Shown one piece after another: positions 57,718-64,000 of a stretch of 64,000 bases of DNA. How positions within the stretch are numbered: the first letter of the stretch is position 1; every line of letters starts with the position of its first letter. The position numbers and the translations under genes are program-made. Source of the DNA: Patescibacteria group bacterium (lineage in GTDB: Bacteria; Patescibacteriota; Minisyncoccia; Phycocordibacterales; UBA1550); assembly GCA_038062675.1 (NCBI GenBank), contig JBBTWP010000005.1, positions 43,844 to 107,843 of the forward strand, written 5' to 3'. The notes under the pieces are model-generated. The model made no database searches and was not told the DNA's origin. It saw only the letters and a program-made list of their open reading frames with translations.

Positions 57718-57742
57718 AAAAATCGACACCCTTGAAAGGAAA

Positions 57743-58273
57743 CTACTGTCGAGAAGAATTTTTGTACTCGTTAATTACTTTAATGACTTCTGAATCAGGT
57801 TCCAACTCTTGAATGAAAAGAATATGACTTCGTTCTAACTCAATCGCATCAGTTGGTTTATGAAATTCCAGACCAATTTTTACCAATTTTAAATCCGGCA
57901 CTTTGATCTGTTTCCCCTCTTTGGTATTTTGAAGCTGTTCGGTGACACGCAAATAGTATGCATCTTTCAAAACAACAAATGTTCCTTCTTTGTTTGAAAG
58001 TTTACCAAAATAGACATCACCATTTTCCAAAAATACACCGTGGTATTTATCGTCATAAAAAGAAAACGTAGTAGTTGTGGTATTAGTAGAATTTTTGTAC
58101 CACCAGTATCCTCCATATAGAGCACCAAGAACAAAGATTAACCCAAAAAAGAATTTCCCCCACTTCTTGCCTCCTTTTTTAGGACCCTTGTCATGATGAA
58201 AGGACTCGTCATGCGCTTGCGCACTTGTATCCACGTGTTGATTCTGCATATTGTTTTGTGTTTGTATAAACAT
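57743..58273 (-). CDS. Single-TM conserved hypothetical protein (CPR-type)
   Basis: TM helix, then VFLENGDVYFG..YYL..LVKIG.E.H.P.D. Confidence 0.6.
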   Translation of the reverse strand: MFIQTQNNMQNQHVDTSAQAHDESFHHDKGPKKGGKKWGKFFFGLIFVLGALYGGYWWYKNSTNTTTTTFSFYDDKYHGVFLENGDVYFGKLSNKEGTFVVLKDAYYLRVTEQLQNTKEGKQIKVPDLKLVKIGLEFHKPTDAIELERSHILFIQELEPDSEVIKVINEYKNSSRQ

Positions 58274-58329
58274 GGTAAATTATTATGATTGATAAATGTT
58301 TCTAATATTATAACAAAAAATCAAAAATC

Positions 58330-58887
58330 CTACCACGTCATTTTTATCATCATCTCACCAAGAACAGTCCCTCCTCCAAAATCCAACCCGTTAGCTCGAG
58401 CATTTCCCGTACTTAAGTCCCCGTCATCCAGTATCCTATCAATCTCAAGCAACACATTCGTCGGAATGCGCCCCCCATTATCCCCACCCCCCATACCGGG
58501 ACGATCATCATTAAGATCGACAACATAATCATTTCCTCCCCCGTCAATGTCATAATCGTCCGTCGGTCCAAATGCACCCCCCCATGGATGAACCTTGCCG
58601 TACATAACTCCATACGGTCCTGCCCATCCGGAAACACCGAGACTATTCATGAGCGGATCATTTATTGCCGAGCACGGAAATGCGCACTGCGGATTAATCC
58701 CTGTATCAACATAATATTGATACACACTTTTAGAAAGTTCTTTAACCTCAATGACAGTTTTAGCTATTTGGGCTTTCTCCCGAGCTTTTGATATTGCAGC
58801 CAGAATAATCCCCGCAAGAAGACCGATGATTGCAATGACAATCAGGAGTTCGGTGAGGGTAAAGCCTCGAGAAGTATTCGATTTCAT
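58330..58887 (-). CDS. Type IV pilin / T2SS GspG-like prepilin
   Basis: RG|FTLTELLIVIAIIGLLAG class III signal, with W.GPY and PWG motifs. Confidence 0.9.
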   Translation of the reverse strand: MKSNTSRGFTLTELLIVIAIIGLLAGIILAAISKAREKAQIAKTVIEVKELSKSVYQYYVDTGINPQCAFPCSAINDPLMNSLGVSGWAGPYGVMYGKVHPWGGAFGPTDDYDIDGGGNDYVVDLNDDRPGMGGGDNGGRIPTNVLLEIDRILDDGDLSTGNARANGLDFGGGTVLGEMMIKMTW

Positions 58888-58905
58888 AAAACTGGTCACA
58901 CAAGC

Positions 58906-61900
58906 TTAGTTCGTTAAAATATCTTCACCAACATCTTGCGTGCTAGTAGCAGTGATTGCCGGCGTTGTTGTGGCAATAGGGACTACAATAGGATTTGGGT
59001 CAACCACATTCACTATACGCATTGCTTCTGCGAGCATCGCTCCTGCGCCGTTAATAACTTTGTAAACAATTTCGTGCGTACCCGTCACGCTTGTATCGAT
59101 AATTGGGGTTGTCACCTCTGCGCCATTTTGAAACGCCCGTACTCCCAAATTCACAAGTACCAAATCCGTCGAACTTGCAGTGGCACCAAGATCCCCCCAT
59201 GCTGTTTTCAAATTAACCGTCTGTGGGTTATTCCCGCTAACGATAATTTCTACAGGAGCAGTGGTTGTTGCAATCGGCATAACACTCGCAACCACGCCCG
59301 CATTTTGAGAACCCGGAGTCGTGGCGCCCGAAAGCAATTTATCAAGCTCCACCTTGGTAACACACGTCTCCCCGCTTACACTATCCCCCACGCAGAGCGT
59401 CTTCGTGTGAACACGGTTTGCAAAGAAATCTCCTATGCCATTTGCAACACTTGCGAATTTCTCCGTAATCTGCGCAAAAATATTCGAGAAGAAACTTGAA
59501 GCAAATGAACGAGATTCAGGGGTCGAGCTTGCGGTGGTACCTGCGATGGTTTCAAGGTTGAGGTTAAGCTCTTGCACCGCACCTACCGTGAGGCCCGTGA
59601 TGCGCTCAAAATGAAGCGTGAGTGGCAACCCATCGTAACCATAATCAACGAGCCGAGGATCAACCTTCTCCACTTCTTCCGCAATCAAACCAACAGATGC
59701 AGGACTCTCTTCAGGGCTTGCATATTCGCTTTTATAATCAAACGATACGACTCGCAACTTACCTAATGTCGAAAGTGCCTCTCGAGGAGTGAGTGCCTGA
59801 ATATTCTCTTTGAAACGTTGCGAGGATGGCGTACAGGTACCACCACCGGCGTCGGTGATGTCTTTCCCTGTTGTAATACAGAGCGCATTCCCCGTTGCGG
59901 AAGACGTCAGTCCGTTAAGTGCCACCGTACCATTCACTGAAAACGTACGCCATGGCGTAGTAGAAGCAATACCAATATTCCCGAGGAAATACCCCGTTCC
60001 ATTGTCATTAAACTTTGCAATGGTTGTTGAAGCATTGTTGGCGATCTCGAATGCTTGACCAGTGCCGGTACCACTTCCCCAGACAGAGAGCTTAGAATAA
60101 GGGGTCGTGGTGCCGATGCCCATAAGCCCCCCTACGGTAATCGCGGCCCGCGTACCACCATTAGTGAGGAATCGCAAATCATGATTACTCTTAGTGCCAA
60201 GAACTCCCACACCACCATTACTATTTGTTCCAGCGCAAGATGAACCAGCATGACCATGACAATCACCGATTACCATATCCACAGTACTATCGTTATTGCG
60301 TACTGTCAACGTAACATCAGTCGTGGAATTCCCTTCAAAAAGAAACTGTGTTGTAGCATTGGGACTTTGGTAGGTAGTTCCATTTGCAAGCACTGCCAAA
60401 GCAGCATACCCCGCATCATTTGTATTAATTCCCACAAAAGGATCGCCACCATAACCACTTCCTGTATAAATAAGAGGCTTTGAAGTGTTCCCCGAGCTAT
60501 TGTACACTGCAAACGGAGAATTCTGCCCCGTCTTCGCCTGCACTGCAAAGCGGTTTCTTCCCGGCGTCGTGGTCCCCACAAAGAATGAACCCATCGCGGT
60601 GGAGGTTGCCGTGGTACTCGTCGCCGTAAAGTACCCTGCGATGGCTTCGTTGCCCAACGTGGAGGAACCTTCAACGGAGAGGGTGTAGGCAGGGGTTGAA
60701 GTGGAAAGACCCAATCTACCTGCCGCGCTTAATGTAAGGTACTCCACAGCATTATTGCGAAGGTTTAAAAGTTTACCTGTTGTTGCTGCGCCTGATGAAT
60801 CAAGAAAGATGCCTTGAGCTGCTGACGCTGTTGAAGTGGAAGTGAGGAGCAAGCTAAGGGCAGACGCATTTGTGTCGACACCAGAACCATTGTGTGTGAT
60901 TTTCACTGTTCCTTTGCCTATTTCATTCCCCGTCACACCAAATGCTGAGTAATCTTCTTTTACTGAAGTGACGGTCGCGCATTCAAGGCTACTCCCTGTC
61001 ACAAGATCGCAGTTTACAACCAACGCACCACTCGTTCCATCTTGGTCAAAATAAGCTACCTGCTGGTCAAAGGCGGAATTATCCGCTGTTATTGCCAAGA
61101 GTCTGCCCGAAGCTGTAGCTCCTTGATTGTTATAAATAACTAACCCTGCCCCTGTTGAGTTGGTCGTCGTAAGGTTCACCACGCCTCCTGTTGAAACCGA
61201 CGCTGAATAATCTTTTCCTGACGGAGCAATAATTCCTAAAAGGTTTTGATTTGTTGAGTCAGTTCCAATACGGAGAGTATTCGCAAACGTACTCGTGGCG
61301 GTGGTAGAAGTGGCAATAATATAGTTTACCGTAGGAGATGTGGATGCCGTCAGTGTAGAGCCGTCGCTATGCAACCACCCCTGACCAAACGAGGTTTGCC
61401 CTGTTCCACCTCGCGCAACAGAGATTGTGCCACCATTCCAAGTACCTGATGTGATCGTACCCAACGTGGTGAGGTTGGTCGAACCCGCCCACGTGGAGAG
61501 TGCAGTGTTTTCAACATTGTTGAGTGCTAGAGATGATTTGAGGTTTGCGGTGGAGGTGCCTGCGAGGGTTCCCGTGCCGGATGCATAGAGAAGGTCACCG
61601 AGTGTATAAGAAGAGAGGCCGGTACCACCACGAGCGACCGAGAGCTGCCCACTCCAGCCCAGCGCATGTGCTGTTCCTGAGCTTGCAATGGTAACATTGG
61701 TGTCGTCCGTGAATGTTTGAGTGGCACCGGTAAGTCCATTTAACGACGTGAGACCACTGCTCCCTCCCCCCAGTGCTGTGCCATTAAAATAGAGCGAACC
61801 TCCGGTGTTGTAGAGACGATTTGTTGTCACCGATGGTGCGCTCACTTGCGCAAAATATGCAGGTCCGTTTACTGAAAGTGTGTCCGAAGGAGATGAAGTG

Positions 61901-62880
61901 CCCACACCTACACGACTGTTCACAGAATCGACATAGAGCGTACTTCCAAAATTTGACGCTCCAGTGAATGATGCGGTTGCTCCCGACACAGCACCAGTAA
62001 AAGCACCACTGGAACCCGAAAGAGTTCCATCGAAAGTGGAGCTGGTGATGGTGGCACCCGAAATGGTGACGTTGGAGAGGTTGTTAATACGGTTTGTGAG
62101 TGCAATAGCAGCATAGTTGTCATTTGCGCGCGTGTTGGCATTTGATGCGACGCGATATATTTCTGTCTTGAGTGCATTCTCAAGTTGATTGAGGCGCTCA
62201 GTAAGTGATGTTTCAGAAACACCACTCACTGTTGTGGTCGGCACCTCCACGGTACGCTCGATGACGCGCTCGATGACAGTGCGGACGGGGGCACTCACCG
62301 TAACAGGTACATCCCGTTTTACGGGAATCGAAACAGGCTCATCTTTTTTGACATCTTGCTCGGGAGGTAATTCTCTCTGAGGAGGAGTTTGTTGAGTTGG
62401 AGTAATTTCAATCGGTGGCGGAATTTCTTGCAGTGGTTCAGGTGCGGATTGGGTATTATTTTCTTCCGGCGATCCGAAAAAGAGATTACTAAAAAAACTC
62501 CTAATACTGCTCCATACAGATGCTCCCATCCCGTCTACGGTCGCGAGCAAGTTTTGTCCCACTTCAGTTGTCCTCGAATCAAAAATTGATAAATTGCTAT
62601 CTTGAATTATTTCTGGCTCAACTGTCTCTTCTGATACAAAAGAAAAACTGGTGCGATCTGACAGCACTTCTCGAAAACGATTCTCAGTATTTACCCAAAT
62701 ATCTCTAACTGAGTTTTGCGAAACTATATTTTTCAAAAAAGAACCATCTTGAGCAAATGAAACATTGAACGGCGCAAAGCATACACTTATGGTAAAAATA
62801 CCAAAAATTACATAATGTAAAAATGCGTGCGTAGCGCGCATTTTTTTTCTCTGTATTCGAATAAAAAGATTACTCCCCAT
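58906..62880 (-). CDS. Large exported fibre protein: beta-repeat shaft, HylP-like segment, Peptidase_S74 chaperone and DUF5011-like Ig domain
   Basis: N-terminal hydrophobic signal, G[IV]GT[ST][ST]P repeats, SSQRFKENI...GLIAEEV..V.P.LV, and a C-terminal GNNP..GATA..DTS..G...VY..R.V.V. Confidence 0.8.
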   Translation of the reverse strand: MGSNLFIRIQRKKMRATHAFLHYVIFGIFTISVCFAPFNVSFAQDGSFLKNIVSQNSVRDIWVNTENRFREVLSDRTSFSFVSEETVEPEIIQDSNLSIFDSRTTEVGQNLLATVDGMGASVWSSIRSFFSNLFFGSPEENNTQSAPEPLQEIPPPIEITPTQQTPPQRELPPEQDVKKDEPVSIPVKRDVPVTVSAPVRTVIERVIERTVEVPTTTVSGVSETSLTERLNQLENALKTEIYRVASNANTRANDNYAAIALTNRINNLSNVTISGATITSSTFDGTLSGSSGAFTGAVSGATASFTGASNFGSTLYVDSVNSRVGVGTSSPSDTLSVNGPAYFAQVSAPSVTTNRLYNTGGSLYFNGTALGGGSSGLTSLNGLTGATQTFTDDTNVTIASSGTAHALGWSGQLSVARGGTGLSSYTLGDLLYASGTGTLAGTSTANLKSSLALNNVENTALSTWAGSTNLTTLGTITSGTWNGGTISVARGGTGQTSFGQGWLHSDGSTLTASTSPTVNYIIATSTTATSTFANTLRIGTDSTNQNLLGIIAPSGKDYSASVSTGGVVNLTTTNSTGAGLVIYNNQGATASGRLLAITADNSAFDQQVAYFDQDGTSGALVVNCDLVTGSSLECATVTSVKEDYSAFGVTGNEIGKGTVKITHNGSGVDTNASALSLLLTSTSTASAAQGIFLDSSGAATTGKLLNLRNNAVEYLTLSAAGRLGLSTSTPAYTLSVEGSSTLGNEAIAGYFTATSTTATSTAMGSFFVGTTTPGRNRFAVQAKTGQNSPFAVYNSSGNTSKPLIYTGSGYGGDPFVGINTNDAGYAALAVLANGTTYQSPNATTQFLFEGNSTTDVTLTVRNNDSTVDMVIGDCHGHAGSSCAGTNSNGGVGVLGTKSNHDLRFLTNGGTRAAITVGGLMGIGTTTPYSKLSVWGSGTGTGQAFEIANNASTTIAKFNDNGTGYFLGNIGIASTTPWRTFSVNGTVALNGLTSSATGNALCITTGKDITDAGGGTCTPSSQRFKENIQALTPREALSTLGKLRVVSFDYKSEYASPEESPASVGLIAEEVEKVDPRLVDYGYDGLPLTLHFERITGLTVGAVQELNLNLETIAGTTASSTPESRSFASSFFSNIFAQITEKFASVANGIGDFFANRVHTKTLCVGDSVSGETCVTKVELDKLLSGATTPGSQNAGVVASVMPIATTTAPVEIIVSGNNPQTVNLKTAWGDLGATASSTDLVLVNLGVRAFQNGAEVTTPIIDTSVTGTHEIVYKVINGAGAMLAEAMRIVNVVDPNPIVVPIATTTPAITATSTQDVGEDILTN

Positions 62881-62961
62881 ACATTTCATTTTATCATACT
62901 TATGCACAATAAAAAACAAATTTCTGTGCATAAGTATCGCAATAAACAAAATGTGCCCCAC

Positions 62962-63009
62962 ACAACCCAAACCCCCATATCACTGGCGTGATATGGGGGT
63001 TTGGGTTGT
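62962..63009 (-). terminator. 22-bp perfect-stem hairpin
   Basis: acaacccaaacccccatatcac-tggc-gtgatatgggggtttgggttgt. Confidence 0.65.
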
Positions 63010-63030
63010 CGGAGGTATCCCCTCTTTTTG

Positions 63031-63999
63031 TTACATCGTATTCAACTTCCCTCTCGTCTTGGGCCCGAGGTTCCCATACCCCGGAAGGTTAGGTCCCGAG
63101 ATTTGGTACTTCTCCTGGAAGAGCTTGAGGGCTTTGAGGGTAAGTGGTCCAAAGTACTGAGTAGGAGTTGCGGTAAAGAATCCTTCTTGTGCGAGTACTT
63201 GCTGGAGTGCCATGACGTCAGCGCCACGGGATCCCACAAAGAGCATGCGCTTGAAGGTGGTGCCGGTAGGTGCTGGGGTCGACGCACCCGGAGTGACGGT
63301 TGTGGTGGTAATTGACCTCTGTGCCAGAATGCTGTTTGCTTTGGCGCGGGTGGTGGTTGCAAAAGTGCCATCGGAGACTGCTTGTCCTCCTCCACCAATC
63401 TCACTTCGGTATTTTGCTTGGAATTTGACGAGGGCTGTTTTGGTTGCAGGACCAAAGTAGCCGGTGGGTGTTGCAGTCAGAAGCTTCTCTGATACCAAGA
63501 GATTTTGGAGGGTGGTGACGAGTGGTCCTTTGTCCCCTACTTTAAGCTCGGTGGTGAAGACTGGAGTGAAAGTGACAGTCGGTGCAGGGCAAAGTTGTCC
63601 CGTGGTGGTACTGAAGCGGTTGGTGCCGGCACAGCCAGGAATGGATGCTCCGCCACCTTGTGTGGGAGTGGGAACAATGACAGGTTGCCCTGTGGCGGCT
63701 ACGGAAGACGTGACCGTCACGACGTTACTTTGTATAGAAGGAGGGGTCACAACGACAGGAGCAGGTGCAATGCTACCTCCTCCGCCCCCTGACGAACCGC
63801 CACCAGAACTTCCACCTCCGGCACCACTTAGAGCGGGTGCGGGTGCAGCCACAGAGACATTGGTTGACTGGGTTGCTGTGCCACAGGTTAAGGTAAAGCT
63901 TGCAGCAGAGCCAATGGAGCTAATGGTTTCCGTACCACTCAAACCTTTTGTACCACTCCAGCCACCGGATGCAGAACAAGTGCTTGCATTGGCGGATGA
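63031..63999 (-). CDS. Surface protein with two peptidoglycan-binding (PG_binding_1) domains, 5'-truncated by the window edge
   Basis: L..G..G..V..LQ..L...TGYFGPAT..A...FQ appears twice after a Gly/Ser linker. The frame stays open to the window end. Confidence 0.85.
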   Translation of the reverse strand, partial: SSANASTCSASGGWSGTKGLSGTETISSIGSAASFTLTCGTATQSTNVSVAAPAPALSGAGGGSSGGGSSGGGGGSIAPAPVVVTPPSIQSNVVTVTSSVAATGQPVIVPTPTQGGGASIPGCAGTNRFSTTTGQLCPAPTVTFTPVFTTELKVGDKGPLVTTLQNLLVSEKLLTATPTGYFGPATKTALVKFQAKYRSEIGGGGQAVSDGTFATTTRAKANSILAQRSITTTTVTPGASTPAPTGTTFKRMLFVGSRGADVMALQQVLAQEGFFTATPTQYFGPLTLKALKLFQEKYQISGPNLPGYGNLGPKTRGKLNTM

Positions 64000-64000
64000 C

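Noticed and set aside
58906-62880. Prophage, suggested by the tail-fibre domains
   Set aside because: No capsid, terminase, portal or integrase genes are present. The gene has an export signal and host-type neighbours.
1-64000. CRISPR array, rRNA genes, stop-codon reassignment and the many short antisense ORFs in the track
   Set aside because: No repeat-spacer periodicity or rRNA signatures were seen. Genes are intact in code 11 and some end in TGA. The short ORFs are shadows of well-supported genes.

Overview
This window looks like a Patescibacteria/CPR (Parcubacteria-like) chromosome segment using genetic code 11. The taxonomy is inferred from the gene set, compact packing and CPR-typical exported proteins. 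Housekeeping genes are secA, murB, murC, murD, rsmI, prfA, rpmE, tRNA-Ile(GAU) and tRNA-Ser(GGA). A large glycan-biosynthesis region runs from about 7.9 to 43 kb. It holds an O-antigen-ligase/TPR protein, Wzx, many GT2/GT4 genes, two wecB copies, asnB and methyltransferases, and has an AT-richer core at about 10.1-27.3 kb bounded by a truncated GT4 and a dinJ-yafQ TA pair. The main items for follow-up are: (1) a head-to-head Elp3 plus Trm9/ALKBH8-like methyltransferase pair, a candidate eukaryote/archaea-type mcm5U34 pathway in a bacterium; (2) a ~1,320-aa exported fibre with a phage HylP-type hyaluronate-lyase-like segment and an S74 chaperone; (3) an unannotated, promoter-driven, heavily structured RNA upstream of murB, beside a 143-bp MITE with a 7-bp target duplication; (4) an uncalled 29-aa Lys-rich protein with a structured leader; (5) tandem constant-N/variable-C PsbP-like genes beside an M23 peptidase; (6) pervasive leaderless promoters. 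All family calls come from motif recognition by eye, and no searches were run.
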